Below, in pieces: positions 10,088 through 21,223 of a stretch of DNA of 64,000 bases (the first letter of the stretch is position 1; each line of letters opens with the position of its first letter). Origin of the DNA: an uncultured delta proteobacterium (GTDB lineage Bacteria > Desulfobacterota > Syntrophobacteria > Syntrophobacterales > Syntrophobacteraceae); NCBI GenBank assembly GCA_963808625.1, contig CAWEHK010000029.1:64001-128000 (forward strand). The letters run 5' to 3'. The position numbers were made by a program, and so were the translations under genes. A model generated the notes under the pieces. That model was not told the origin of the DNA. It saw only the letters and a list, made by a program, of their open reading frames with translations, and searched no databases.

Positions 10088-11320
10088 ATGAGGTCTTCGG
10101 CTTTCAGCCGCAATATGTCGTGCCTGGTCGCCTGTGCGGTGCTCCTGCTGATACTCCGGGCAAGCGATGCGGGCTCGACTGACTGGTCGTTTTCGCCCTC
10201 GATCAGCGCATCCGAAACCTACGACAGCAACATCAATTTCCAGTTTCACGATAAGCAGAGCGACTTTATCACCTCAATCAAGCCCAAGTTTCTGCTTACC
10301 GGCCAGAGCGACAAGGACCGGTTCAGCCTCGACGCGACCGTGAACGGCATGATTTACGCCAGGAATAGCCAGCTCGACCGGGTTGAAACCTTCAACAACG
10401 CCGCCTGGATCCGGCAGTGGTCGGAGAGGTTTTCCACCGATCTCGGGGCCAATTTCACCAAGACCACAGCCCAGGAGAGTCAGCTTCAAGAGGCCGGTCT
10501 CCGGGCAATACTCGCGAACCAGTACCTCTACAACCTGCGAGCGAAAGGGACCTACGCCCTCACTGAACTGGTCTCTCTTTCCCTGGGGGGAAACGCCGGT
10601 CAGACCTGGTATCCCGAGAAACAATTCCCCAACTCGAACAGCGCCATGGGGAACTTGACCCTGGCGTGGAAACGCAGCGATTTTGACACGATCGGGTCGG
10701 ACTGGCTCTATTCCTATAAGCATTATCTGGACACGACCACCGACAACGTTCAGTTTTTCCGGCCCGGCCTTTACTGGCAGCACGTTTTCAGCGAGACCAC
10801 GTCCCTCCTGGTCGGCGCCGGCTATCGTTTCACGGCCATCAGCTATTACCAGTATGTCTTTGAACTCGATCCCCAGGTGAGGATCGTCAAGAAATGGTTT
10901 ACCAACACAAGCAGCACCTACGACTTTTGGGCAACCCTCAAAAAGAATTGGTCTGAGCGGCTCTCCGCCTCGCTTACCGCCGGCCGGGACCAATACAGCG
11001 ACGTCAGTGCGCAGACTTTCGACCACATGTATGTCGGGACCCAAATACAGTACGGCTTATCGGAATTGACCACGGTCAACTGCGGGTTGAGATACGACTA
11101 CAATGCGGAGATTCTGCAAGGAAATCAGAGATGGAATTACGTCAGCGTCAGCCCGTCCATCAACCGGAAACTGACCGAAGACCTCACGCTCAGATTGGCG
11201 GGGTCCTATCAATATCAGCTTCAAGACTATTCCATGACCAATTTCAGTCAAAGTGCCGATCGGTATGTTGCGTGGGTAGGGATTGTCTGGCAACTGCCAA
11301 GGCTGTGGGCTTCGAAGTGA
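10088..11320 (+). CDS. Outer-membrane beta-barrel protein of the EPS/exosortase locus
   Basis: Signal peptide, PSISASETYDSNI, SDFITSIKP, alternating aromatic beta-strands; lies between wza and wzc. Confidence 0.75.
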   Translation: MRSSAFSRNMSCLVACAVLLLILRASDAGSTDWSFSPSISASETYDSNINFQFHDKQSDFITSIKPKFLLTGQSDKDRFSLDATVNGMIYARNSQLDRVETFNNAAWIRQWSERFSTDLGANFTKTTAQESQLQEAGLRAILANQYLYNLRAKGTYALTELVSLSLGGNAGQTWYPEKQFPNSNSAMGNLTLAWKRSDFDTIGSDWLYSYKHYLDTTTDNVQFFRPGLYWQHVFSETTSLLVGAGYRFTAISYYQYVFELDPQVRIVKKWFTNTSSTYDFWATLKKNWSERLSASLTAGRDQYSDVSAQTFDHMYVGTQIQYGLSELTTVNCGLRYDYNAEILQGNQRWNYVSVSPSINRKLTEDLTLRLAGSYQYQLQDYSMTNFSQSADRYVAWVGIVWQLPRLWASK

Positions 11321-11336
11321 GGAAGGAGAGGTGAAA

Positions 11337-13085
11337 ATGGAACAGGGTCAAGAACTGGCGAAGCTCAAGAGTATTGTCAAAAGGCGTAAAAAGTGGCTCA
11401 TTTTACCCTTTATCACGGTGGTGGTTGCGGTGACCGCAATCGCCCTGCTGCTTCCGGACATTTATAAATCCGCCGCCACCATTCTCATCCAGAACGCCAC
11501 CATTCCCGACAAACTCGCGGCCCCCACCATTACCAGCTATGCCGATCAGAGGATCAAGGCCATCACTCAGGAAATCACCTCCCGTTCGAAGGTCCTCGCA
11601 CTCGTCCAGAAATACGATCTTCTGCCGCAAAACAGAGATAAGCTGACCGCCGAAGAACTGGTTGATAAAGTCGCCAAGCGGATCAGCGTCGAAACCATCG
11701 ACGCCGAAGTCAAGAAGGACAACCAGGCCAAACCGGTGCTCCTGACTGTGGCTTTCACCCTTTCCTTCGAAGATGAAAGCGAGAAAAAGGCACAGATGGT
11801 CGCCAACGAGATCTCGTCGTACTTTATGGAGAAGAACCTCGATGCGCGGGAAAGGTATGCGCGGAGCACGGCGAAATTTTTCGAAGAAAAGCTGAAGCAG
11901 GTCAAAGCCCAGATGGACGGTTTTGAGTCCAGGCTGGCCGTTTATCGCCAGGAGCACCTCGATGAGCTGCCTGAATTTACCACGGTAAACATGCAAAAGC
12001 TCGAGAAGCTGAATGGTGATATCAGCAGCATCAACATGCAGGTGCGCTCCTTCGAGGAGCAGCGGGCCGCCATCAGGAGCCAACTGGCGTCAATCGACCC
12101 GTACTCGGGCGTCAACCCCCGTGTGATGAGCCCCCGGGAGCGGCTGCAGCAGGCCCAGTTGGAGCGTGCAACGCTGGTCGGCAAATATTCCGAAAAACAT
12201 CCCCTGGTGCAGGCCAAAAACCAGGAGATTGCCCTCCTGGAAGGAAAGTCCCAGGATACGGGGACCTTGGATCAACTGCGGGACCGCCTCCACCAGGCGG
12301 AACTCGAACTTGCCGATCTCAGCTCTCGCTATTCCGACGAACATCCGGCCAACAAACGCAAGGTGCATGAAATTGAACGGCTTAAGCGGGAGCTGGAAAT
12401 CGCCCGGGCCAAAGGGAAGGAACCCAGGGCCGCACCCGCTGAACGGCCGACGAACCCGGCCTACGTGACCCTGAAGTCCGATCTCGACAAAATGGAAGTT
12501 TCCCTCTCGTCCCTGAAGTCTGAAAAGGTGCGCATCGAGGAACAGATCAAGGTGGTTTATGATAAACTCCATGCCATGCCGCAGGTTTCGAGGGAGTATA
12601 ACGAGCTCACCACGGACTACCAGAATGCGAAGAACTACTACAACGACTTGCAGCAGAAGTTCCTTTCGGCCCAGCTGGCACAGGGTATGGAAGAAGGGCA
12701 ACTGGGGGAAAGCTTCCAGGTCATCGAGCCGGCCTTTCTTCCGGAAAAGCCCGCCCGCCCCAATCGCCTGGCCATCATCCTCATCGGCGTCGTCTTCGGC
12801 ATAGGCCTTTCCCTTGGCCTGGCAGCAGTCCGCGAATTCACGGACAATACTCTGCGTGACGCTGAAACGCTCGAACAGCTCACCGGCATGCCGATTTTTT
12901 CCGTGATCCCGCGCATCCTGACAGAAAGAGACCAGGTCCGCATGAAGCGAAAAAAGCTTGCATGGGCCACGGGGACGGTGGTGGGGGTGGCTGCAGCGGT
13001 GCTGCTCTTCCACTTCTTCGTAGTGGATCTTTACGTCTTCTATGCCAAACTGGAACGCTTCCTTTACCGAAAGCTTCCCGTCTGA
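11337..13085 (+). CDS. Polysaccharide chain-length determinant (Wzc/GumC periplasmic part)
   Basis: N- and C-terminal TM helices, LPDIYKSAATILI, long coiled coil with YSEKHP/YSDEHP, VIEPAFLPEKP. Confidence 0.88.
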   Translation: MEQGQELAKLKSIVKRRKKWLILPFITVVVAVTAIALLLPDIYKSAATILIQNATIPDKLAAPTITSYADQRIKAITQEITSRSKVLALVQKYDLLPQNRDKLTAEELVDKVAKRISVETIDAEVKKDNQAKPVLLTVAFTLSFEDESEKKAQMVANEISSYFMEKNLDARERYARSTAKFFEEKLKQVKAQMDGFESRLAVYRQEHLDELPEFTTVNMQKLEKLNGDISSINMQVRSFEEQRAAIRSQLASIDPYSGVNPRVMSPRERLQQAQLERATLVGKYSEKHPLVQAKNQEIALLEGKSQDTGTLDQLRDRLHQAELELADLSSRYSDEHPANKRKVHEIERLKRELEIARAKGKEPRAAPAERPTNPAYVTLKSDLDKMEVSLSSLKSEKVRIEEQIKVVYDKLHAMPQVSREYNELTTDYQNAKNYYNDLQQKFLSAQLAQGMEEGQLGESFQVIEPAFLPEKPARPNRLAIILIGVVFGIGLSLGLAAVREFTDNTLRDAETLEQLTGMPIFSVIPRILTERDQVRMKRKKLAWATGTVVGVAAAVLLFHFFVVDLYVFYAKLERFLYRKLPV

Positions 13086-13233
13086 TTTTCACCGCCGAGA
13101 GCCCAGGCCATCCTTCGGCCGCGGGCAAGGCATATTCACCACAGCAGAGACCGCAGAGAAAGCACAGATAACGTTTAGGGTTAACCGACCCCTCTCCCTG
13201 TGGAAGAGGGGTCGAGGGAGAGTGGAGCAAAGA

Positions 13234-14049
13234 ATGAGTCAATTCAAGAAGGCGCTCGATAAAGCCAGGGCGGAAGAACTGATCCATGATCGGGTTGAGG
13301 AACCAGGGGAAATGCCGGGGGCAGAGATTGGGAAGAAAGAGATGCCAATCTCCTGCACCCGGACCAGGGTGGTCGATGTCTCCGCAGCAGATCTCCTGAA
13401 GAGGAGGATTGTTGCGGTGGAAGACAAGAGCTATCTCTCCGATCAGTTCAAACGCTTGAGCACAAGGCTGCTGAGGCAGACGCGCCGGAACGGGTGGAAT
13501 ACGATCCAGGTCACCGGGTTTGGCGCGGAGGAAGGGAAGAGCCTGGTGGCAGTGAATCTGGCGATCAGCATCGCTCATGATACGCGCCAGACGGCCGTCC
13601 TGGTCGAGCTCGATTTTCGCCGGCCGACAATGGCGCAACTCCTGGGCTTGAGCCCAAAGACCCCTGGGCTCACCTCCTATTTCTATGAGGGAGCAGCCCT
13701 CGAAGACCTCTTCGTCAGTCCCGGTATTCCCAAGTTGGCGGTCCTGACTGCCGGCGGGCATGTGAGCAGGTCGACCGAACTCGTCGGTTCTGCCAAAATG
13801 GAGGCCCTCATTAAGGAATTGAAGCATCGCCACGACGATCGTTATGTGATCCTCGATACGCCGGGGATCGGCGTCTGTTCGGATGCCCTCGTGATCGGCG
13901 AATACGTCGACGCCATCCTGCTCGTAGCCCGTGTGGATGCCACCTCCCAGGAGAGCATCAGGGCCGCCATGGCCCATATCAACAGGGGAAAAGTGCTCGG
14001 CGTGGTGCTGAACGACGTCTCACCCAAAGACACGAATGGTTATTACTAA
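13234..14049 (+). CDS. CpsD/CapB-family tyrosine kinase (BY-kinase)
   Basis: EEGKS Walker A, ELDFRRP, ILDTPG, GVVLND, C-terminal YY. Confidence 0.85.
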   Translation: MSQFKKALDKARAEELIHDRVEEPGEMPGAEIGKKEMPISCTRTRVVDVSAADLLKRRIVAVEDKSYLSDQFKRLSTRLLRQTRRNGWNTIQVTGFGAEEGKSLVAVNLAISIAHDTRQTAVLVELDFRRPTMAQLLGLSPKTPGLTSYFYEGAALEDLFVSPGIPKLAVLTAGGHVSRSTELVGSAKMEALIKELKHRHDDRYVILDTPGIGVCSDALVIGEYVDAILLVARVDATSQESIRAAMAHINRGKVLGVVLNDVSPKDTNGYY

Positions 14050-14185
14050 CTGACGAGAACAGCGCTCGGCAAGTCAAGTGGCTGAGCTCCAGACAGGGGG
14101 GAAGTCCACTCGCCCGTGACCGAACTGAAGAAGCAATTGGCTGAGGTGAAGGATAAGAAAAGATCCGGCAGACAATGGAGGATAT

Positions 14186-16589
14186 GTGGAAGTGACAAAC
14201 AAGAGCAGGTGGTTGCTTGGGGTAGCTGTCGTTATTCTGGGGATGGCCCTCACGCTGTGGGGGTGCAGTACGAAAGAGGAAAAGGCCGCGGCCTTCATCT
14301 CCAAGGGGGACCGCCTGCTCGCCGAGGGAGACCCGGTGCGGGCCATCCTCGAGTACAAAAACGCCCTGCAAATGGACCCCAGGAACGCCACGGCGACCCT
14401 CGGGCTGGGCAAGGCGCTCCTGCAGCAGGAGGAGTACCAGAGGGCCATGTCTGCCTTCAGGTCGGCGCTGGAGTTGAATCCGGAATTCGATGAGGCGCGA
14501 GTGCAAGTGGCCTGGCTCCTTGCCATGAGCAAAAACGGCCAGCCCGCTCTCCTGGAAGTGGCGCAAATCAAGCATCCTGAAGCATATCAGCCGAAAGTGG
14601 ACCTCATCAAGGCGCGGGCATTGATGAGCTCCGAGCGCTATCAGGAGGCCATCGACATTCTCTCGCAGGTCAAAGACGGGCCGCAGAACCAGGAGGTCCA
14701 GACCCTGCTGGCGATCTCCTTCCAGGCGGTTGGTGCAGCGGACAAGATGAAGCAGGCCGTTGCCGCCTGGCGCGAGCTTACTCCGGCTGACCCGGCCTCC
14801 TACCTCTTCATGGCCCAATATGCCCTGGATCACGGCGAGAAGGGGAAGGTCATCGAAGAACTGCAAAAAATGCTGGACGCCGGCCAGGGAGACAACAGGG
14901 TCGCCCTGCTCCGGGCGCAATTCCTTGATCGCTGGGGATTTGCCGAAGAGGCCCAGGCTGCTTATGAGGGCCTGCCTCCCTCTCCGGAGATCCAGGCCGC
15001 GCAGGCCGACTTCTGGATCAGGATGGGGAATCGCCAAAAGGCGCGTTCAATCCTCGAGGACCTGATCGCTTCGACCCCGCACGACGTCCCGGCGGTAATC
15101 AAGCTGGCCCGGCTTCTGACCGAAGATAACGAGCAGAAAGGGGCTTTGGAGCTGATCGAGAATACCTTGAAACGCGACCTGAAAAGGCCGGACCGGGAAG
15201 CGGTACTCCTCGCCAAAGCCACATTGATGGCGCAGCAGGCCGATTGGGAGGGGGCTAGAAAACTCTGCGACGCGTTACTGGCCCAAAATCAGGGGAACCT
15301 GGACGCTCATTTCCTGCTCGGGAAGGTCCTGCTTGGTGTCCGCAATCCCGGCGGACGCCGAGATTCAATTGAGCCAGGTCGCCGTCGCCCGCCCCAATGA
15401 TGAAGAAGCGCAACTGCTGCTCGTTCGGAGCCAGGGTCTTAACAAGAAGGAAGCCCTCGCCGTGGACACCCTGAGGCGGGCGGTGGAGACCAATCCGGAA
15501 AGCGCCCGGTTGCGGCTCGAGCTTTTCTATTACCTGGCGGGCAAGGGGGAAGCCGATCAGGCTTTCAGGGTTTTGGAAAAAGGGCTGGAGCTTCAGCCGA
15601 CCAATCTCATGCTCCTGAGAGCCGCAGGGCGAGTTTGAAGCCAATCAGAAGAACTTCGCCCGAGCGGAACAGAAGTTTCGAAGGATTATCGAAATCCAAC
15701 CGCACTTGCCCCTTGGTTATATGGAAATGGGGCAGCTCATGCTCGTCCAGTCAAAATTGAACGAGGCGAGCACCTGGTTTCTGAAGGCCCTCGATGCGGA
15801 AAATGGCTGGCGGACTGCCGTTCCCGCCCTGGCCAGAGTTTACCTGCTGCAGAATAACCCGGATCGGGCCCGCTCCTTTCTCCAGCGTGAAGTTGGAAAT
15901 GCGCCCCGATGCGCCTCAGATTCACTATTTCCAGGGGCGGTTGCTCCAGGCGACGGGCGACCTCCCCGACGCCGAAAAGGCTTTCCTGAAAGCCGTCGAG
16001 CTTGCCCCGCAGTGGCCGGATGCTCACGCCGGCCTTGCTGGAGCCTACGTGCAACAGGGAAAGCTCAACGAGGCGATTGCGAAATTCGAGGAAAGCTATC
16101 GCCGGCAGCCTTCGCTTCCCATCCGCATGCAGCTGGCGATGCTCTATGATCTCGGAGGCCGCTACGACGATGCCATCCGCGTCTACCAGGAACTGCTGAA
16201 GGAAGCCAATCAGTCTCCGGCCATTTTGAACAACCTGGCTTATCTCTATGCTGAGCATGCATCCGACAGGAACATGCTGGCCGAAGGGAGCAAATTGATG
16301 GTCCAGGCCCTGGCTCAAGAACCCGAGAACCCGAATCTACTCGACACCTCGGCGTGGCTGGCCTACCGGCAGGGAGACCTCGACGGCGCCTGGCGGTACG
16401 TCCAGGATGCCCAGGCGCGGTCACCGCAGTCGGCCGTGCACCATCTGCACGCTGCCGAAATCCTCCATGCGCGGGGCGAAAAGGAGTATGGCATTGGAAT
16501 ACGTGAACAAGGCCCTGGCGCTTCAGATGGACCCGACATCCAGAGAAAAGGCCGAGGCGCTCAAGCAGGAGTGGGTCGCCAGCAGATGA
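14186..16589 (+). CDS. TPR-repeat lipoprotein (PrsT-like, exosortase system), several frameshifts
   Basis: Lipobox LWGC, repeated TPRs (ILEYKNALQMDP, ILNNLAYLYA, LLDTSAW) across ORFs 14186/15333/15706/15794/16407. Confidence 0.8.
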
Positions 16590-16604
16590 TCCGCCAGGGA
16601 CGAC

Positions 16605-16650
16605 AAAAAAAAAAGAGGCAGGGCCATTCGCGAACCCTGCCTTTTTTGTT
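16605..16650. terminator. Bidirectional intrinsic terminator between convergent genes
   Basis: A-run, AGGCAGGG-N11-CCCTGCCT stem, T-run. Confidence 0.8.
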
Positions 16651-16676
16651 CGGAGGGGTGTCAGCAGTCTGGCAGT

Positions 16677-17294
16677 CTAACCGCGGAAGGTTCTCCTGAA
16701 CCCGATGAGCCCCAGCAAACCTGAGCCCAAGAGCCAAGCCGTTGGAGGAATCGGGACGGCAGTATTGCCCACAAGCGTGACGGTAACGGCCTTGTCGCCG
16801 GAATCCTGTTTATGATTGTTGTTCGTATCCCATACAATATTCAAAATTCCCTGTGAACTGCCAAGCGTGGACCAGGAGTTGTAGCCTTCCCTCAACTCCA
16901 GCATCCTGGCTCCACCGTAACTGTCTTTCGGGAGCGCTAACTTGAAATCTAACGTGAAACTGGATGGCAGGGACTGAAAGTCGATCCCGCCGGAGCCTTT
17001 GCCCATCGAGTTCCATTGCCCATAGTTGTAGGAAGTACCATCAAGGTCTTGGTAGGTTCCCGAGTTGCCACCCAATTTGAAGTTGAGAGTACCTCTTCCG
17101 TTCAAGTCCATTTGAGCGATGGAGAGATTGATCTTCCCTCCCAATGAATCGGATACATCGAAGTACTCATCACTGGGATAAGCCCCTTGAGGAGAAATAA
17201 TTGGAGATGCTGAGCACACTTGTGCTCCAAACAATAGGAACACCGTCATCGACATCAACATAAGGAATAAACTTAACCTAATTTTACCTTTCAT
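16677..17294 (-). CDS. Secreted VPLPA-CTERM (PEP-CTERM-like) sorting-signal protein
   Basis: N-terminal signal peptide; C-terminal AVPIPPTAWLLGSGLLGLIGFRR. Confidence 0.9.
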   Translation of the reverse strand: MKGKIRLSLFLMLMSMTVFLLFGAQVCSASPIISPQGAYPSDEYFDVSDSLGGKINLSIAQMDLNGRGTLNFKLGGNSGTYQDLDGTSYNYGQWNSMGKGSGGIDFQSLPSSFTLDFKLALPKDSYGGARMLELREGYNSWSTLGSSQGILNIVWDTNNNHKQDSGDKAVTVTLVGNTAVPIPPTAWLLGSGLLGLIGFRRTFRG

Positions 17295-17471
17295 CGCACT
17301 TTTCTCTCCTTCCTAATGACATAAATGTTGCCCGTAATCCTTTGGAGTAATGATGAACGAGATACAACCAACGCCTTTGGACAATTTATCACCCCCTTTT
17401 GTCGAGTTCGTGTCCTGCAGAACTCCTCAGATCAGGCATAACAGCCACAGAGCCACCTCTCACTTTTTCCC

Positions 17472-17556
17472 TTCGGGCAACCCGGCTGTCTTATCTTGTC
17501 GAAGGATCCGTGGCTTTCCGTCCCCATCTCACGATGGGTTTGGCCTTTTCACAGAA
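17472..17556 (-). promoter_or_regulatory. Cyclic di-GMP-I (GEMM-I) riboswitch aptamer
   Basis: Minus strand reads AAGGCCAAACCCATC-GTGA-GATGGGGACGGAAAGCCACGGATCC...GACAGCCGGGTTGCC: AAACC...GNRA loop...GGGACG(C/G)AAAGCC...AGCCGGGTTGCC consensus; ~180 nt upstream of the VPLPA-CTERM gene. Confidence 0.85.
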
Positions 17557-17943
17557 CCGTGGTGACTTCTAGGTTGATTTAGTGAATACAAACCCCCGTT
17601 GTCACTGTAAAGGGCCATTCTGGGGGTGAAAAAGGGGTCACCAGGCTTACCCATGATGCGAATAAAGCCTCTACAATCGATCAGTTATAGACAGTACAGA
17701 GTAGTGGAAGGGATGGTTTATTATCGTTGACATCCCACAACACCCCCTGGATTTCATGCGATTTTCCAGACCCATCAAGTCCTCTTTGGCAATAGCCTGT
17801 AAACGATCAATTAGGGCTTGCCGGCGCATCGAACGGAGGGTTATAGAATCTCCAGGGTTTCAACTCTCCATTCCTTGCAGGGTCGGTTTTATCCTCGCCC
17901 TCGGTGGCGACAGACTTTGTTATGATTTGTGTAGAAGGATTTC

Positions 17944-18879
17944 ATGATGCTCCAGCAAAATGAAGTAAGCGGCTTAGAAAAGTACAGAGATGCTCCCATC
18001 CTCATCGTCGATGATGACCAAAGCAGTTGCATGTTCATTGAGCACGCTATTTCCTCACTGGGGATGAAACCGGAGAGCGTTAACCGAATGTCCTCGGCAA
18101 GGAACCGTATCGAGCAAAACCGTTATGATGTTATTATACTTGATGTTTACCTGGCAGAATGTATGGGGCTCGACCTCATCCCGGAAATAAAGAAATTTTG
18201 TCCGGAAACAAAGATCATTGTCGTGACCGGGTTTGCAGATAAGGACATAGCCATTAGAGCGTTGAGATTAGGGGCCTTTGACCTTCTGGAGAAACCCTTC
18301 GAAGCTGAGCTCATCGATCATGCCCTGTACAGCGCTTTCGAGGTCCTCCAGGCAGAGCGACAAATCAAGAGGCTCATCAAAGACCTTGAAGCCGCCAGGA
18401 CAAGCGAGCTTCTTACCAACAAGGAGCACCTGGAATCGCTTACCGGCAGGCTCATTGAAACCAATAAGGCTTTGTCTTTGTTTGCGCAGAATATCGAACT
18501 GGAACGAGAGCAGATGGAAAAACAGGTCGCCCTCAGAATCAGATCTCTTGTGCTCCCGTTGCTTGAGAAGCTTCAAAAAGACGATAACCTCCGCATATAC
18601 AGGTTCGACTTGGATCTACTGAGAAAACAGATAGGAGACTTGACTACGACTTTCACGGCGGACGCACGACTTGCTGCGGCGCTTTCTCATGCTGAGCTGC
18701 GCATCGCCTCTCTCATTAAAAATGGTTTGAGCACTGAACAGATAGCCGAGCATCTTCATGTTTCATCCGCCACCGTCAGAACTCACAGGAAAAACATCCG
18801 AAAGAAATTAAAGATCAACAATTCTCAATACAACCTTCGCAACTTCTTATCTTCAAAAAACGGCTTATCAGACTCCTGA
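17944..18879 (+). CDS. Response regulator: REC domain + coiled linker + LuxR-type HTH
   Basis: ILIVDDD, ILDVYL, TG, EKPF; C-terminal LSHAELRIASLIKNGLSTEQIAEHLHVSSATVRTHRKNIRKKL. Confidence 0.88.
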   Translation: MMLQQNEVSGLEKYRDAPILIVDDDQSSCMFIEHAISSLGMKPESVNRMSSARNRIEQNRYDVIILDVYLAECMGLDLIPEIKKFCPETKIIVVTGFADKDIAIRALRLGAFDLLEKPFEAELIDHALYSAFEVLQAERQIKRLIKDLEAARTSELLTNKEHLESLTGRLIETNKALSLFAQNIELEREQMEKQVALRIRSLVLPLLEKLQKDDNLRIYRFDLDLLRKQIGDLTTTFTADARLAAALSHAELRIASLIKNGLSTEQIAEHLHVSSATVRTHRKNIRKKLKINNSQYNLRNFLSSKNGLSDS

Positions 18880-18946
18880 CCTGGAAGCTCTTTGCATTGC
18901 GATCTTTGCGTTGAGTTTTCCATCCCGGCGGGAGGAAGGATCTTCG

Positions 18947-19002
18947 GTGTGTTTCCGGCAAGGGTGCGTGAAACGACTGCCAGTTTGGGGGAATAATCGG
19001 CT
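18947..19002 (+). repeat. Left copy of degenerate ~55-bp direct repeat bracketing the defence island
   Basis: gtgtgtttccggcAAGGGTGCGTGAAacgactgccagtttgggggaataatcggct; 37/43 identical to 40158-40200. Confidence 0.8.
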
Positions 19003-19299
19003 GGCTATTCCAGGAGCGAGGAGCACATCCGATGAAGGCTGAGTATCCATTAGGAAGGCAACCCCGCTTGCAGTAAGTCTCAGCGATTTTCACCAAATGG
19101 CGTAGGGCCCGTAAGCCGTGCAGCCGCATTTCGGACCATGTGTGGTAAGCTACCGTTGACCTCACTCCATTCTATCCCAATCCCCCACCCTGCAGGAGCT
19201 TTGAAGCTCAACCACACCGAACTGAAGCACCGGACTACAAAGGGTCCACCCGCCCAGCCTGCCGCGGAGTCTTCTTTTTTCGCGGATGCCCGATCCTCT

Positions 19300-19950
19300 C
19301 ATCCGTCAGGTGCGCAGACCACCCAAGAAAGACTCTTCAATGCCCTTGCCGAACACTACCATTTCCTCGGTTAACGCCAGCCACGGCTTTGGCGTGTGAG
19401 AACATCTCAAGCACCTGGTGCTCATCGACCAACGTTCCGTGGCGTGTTTTTGCATCGTTTACTTCTTCATCGGTTCCAACCACGGCGGGGAACACCTTGA
19501 GGATCTCCTTACTCAAAGGATCGCTCAGTTGCCTTCCCCAATCCAGATGTGTGACGCTTTGAGCAGGAATCTGCCTGGCGCCTTCATAACCATTCTCGCA
19601 AACGGTCTCACTCATGCCCGGCGTAACTTCGTCGACACCCTTCCCGCGTTTCCTGAACAGGCCGAGTATCTCATCGACACCCTCGCTCGGGTCTATCATT
19701 TCGATCATCTGGCCAAGTAGCAGAACCTCTCAGCCCAGCAACGGCTAACCTTCCATCAGGAAAACAGCGCTCCCCTTATGCAAGGCCTCAAGTAATGGCC
19801 GGCGCATGGTTAGGGGACCTCTTCATGAGTCCTATTGCCACCAGCAGGCTCATCGGCACCAACCCTCCCCCCTACCGTACTACTCTCTTGCGCCACCTCC
19901 AGAAGATCCTGGAACCTCCGAGTCAGTGGAATCCGTGGAACTACCAATAC
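19300..19950 (+). pseudogene. Decayed IS remnant: DUF4338-like fragment joined to IS66-like transposase C-terminal fragments
   Basis: QVRR..QERLFNALAEHYHFLG*..EHLKHLV; then QMCDALSRN..LANGLTHARRNFVD, in-frame stops, GDLFMS...PSQWNPWNY. Confidence 0.7.
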
Positions 19951-20445
19951 CCCTCGCCGGCTTGCCTTCATAAGCTCATCGCCGTTCTTCAGAGCCGCGA
20001 CGATTTTGGGAGTTGCACATTACCTGGTGGGCGTCTGCCATTGGCGCACCTCGTCAGCCCTGAGCCGTCACCGGCCAGCCATCCCCTGCCCGGATGCATG
20101 AAAACCGCCTGCCACTGGAAAAAACTCGCCCCGCGCCCCGCGCAGCCTTGCCGAAAAGGCATCGCGCAACCCCAGTTTTCGGAGGCATGGTGGCTCAAGC
20201 AATCCATCAAGCGTCAATATGGAACAGCCTGCCCAAACTCAGGAGGCTCAAGATCGGCGATGCCCGGCCCCTTGTGGCAACATTCAACCTTGCCAGCACC
20301 ACAAGCCAAGGGGTTTATAACCTTTGCGAACGGGGGCGTCACCTGATGGCCGAAAGCAGGACAGACTCTGTGACTTCCGCAAGAACGCAGGGAGTAACAC
20401 TCGCCGTGCCGACTTCGTCCCGGTTCGCCCATGCTGCAATTATGC

Positions 20446-20474
20446 TTGACGTAACGGATAATCTTCCATAGGAT
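20446..20474 (+). promoter_or_regulatory. Putative sigma70 promoter of higBA
   Basis: TTGACG-N17-TAGGAT immediately at the higB 5' end. Confidence 0.5.
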
Positions 20475-20763
20475 GAATTGCCAGATCGTGAACTTCAGAG
20501 ACAAACGAACGCGAGAGTTCGCCGAGGGAAACCGGGTCAGGGCTTTCGCCGGCTTTGAGCGCAAGGCGGAGATGAAGCTCGACCAGCTTGAGGCAGCAAC
20601 ATCGCTGCTCGATCTGGACTTACCCGGCAACCGTCTCGAAGCACTCAAGGGCGACCGCAAGGGCCAATACAGCATCCGCATCAATGATCAATGGCGAATT
20701 TGTTTCGAGTGGCCCAAGGGAACCCCGGGGCCGGTAAATGTTGAAATCATCGATTACCATTGA
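20473..20763 (+). CDS. higB: HigB (RelE/ParE superfamily) toxin
   Basis: LPGNRLEALKGDRKGQYSIRINDQWRICFEW...VEIIDYH. Confidence 0.92.
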   Translation: MNCQIVNFRDKRTREFAEGNRVRAFAGFERKAEMKLDQLEAATSLLDLDLPGNRLEALKGDRKGQYSIRINDQWRICFEWPKGTPGPVNVEIIDYH

Positions 20764-20771
20764 GGTGCATC

Positions 20772-21060
20772 ATGGGACGCACTGCCATACATCCCGGCGA
20801 ACATCTCGCCGAACAACTTGAAGAGCTGGGCATGAGTGCGGCGGAATTGGCCCGCCAGACTTAACGTGCCAACAAACCGCATAACCTCAATCTTGAATGG
20901 GCAACGCGCCGTAACCGGTGACACAGCCTTGCGCCTGGGACACTTCTTCGGAACCAGTGCGGAATTCTGGATGAACCTGCAAAAGCTCTATGAGCTCCGT
21001 TTAGCCGAGGAGAAATCCGGGAAAGGATCAAAGATTTGCCGACACTTGCCGGACCGATGA
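20772..21060 (+). CDS. higA: HigA antitoxin (HTH), frameshift at ~20858
   Basis: MGRTAIHPGEHLAEQLEELGMSAAELARQ then shifted frame LNVPTNRITSILNGQRAVTGDTALRLGHFFGTSAEFWMNLQ. Confidence 0.88.
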
Positions 21061-21223
21061 AGAAAGAGGGCCGTAGTTCACAGCCTCAAACCATGTAAAG
21101 AGATGATCTGGGTGCCTTTATTAAGTGATGGGAAGAGACAGCCGCTAACCCAAGTTTGCTAGTTGTGAAAAAGGTGCTCTGATTTGCATTGTCCTCAGGC
21201 TGTTACATGGTGGGGATTCAATT

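Noticed and set aside
12880..15037. Long antisense ORFs (e.g. 12880-13977, 13979-15037; also 51818-53125)
   Set aside because: Shadow frames opposite well-supported genes in GC-rich DNA, with no recognisable motifs.
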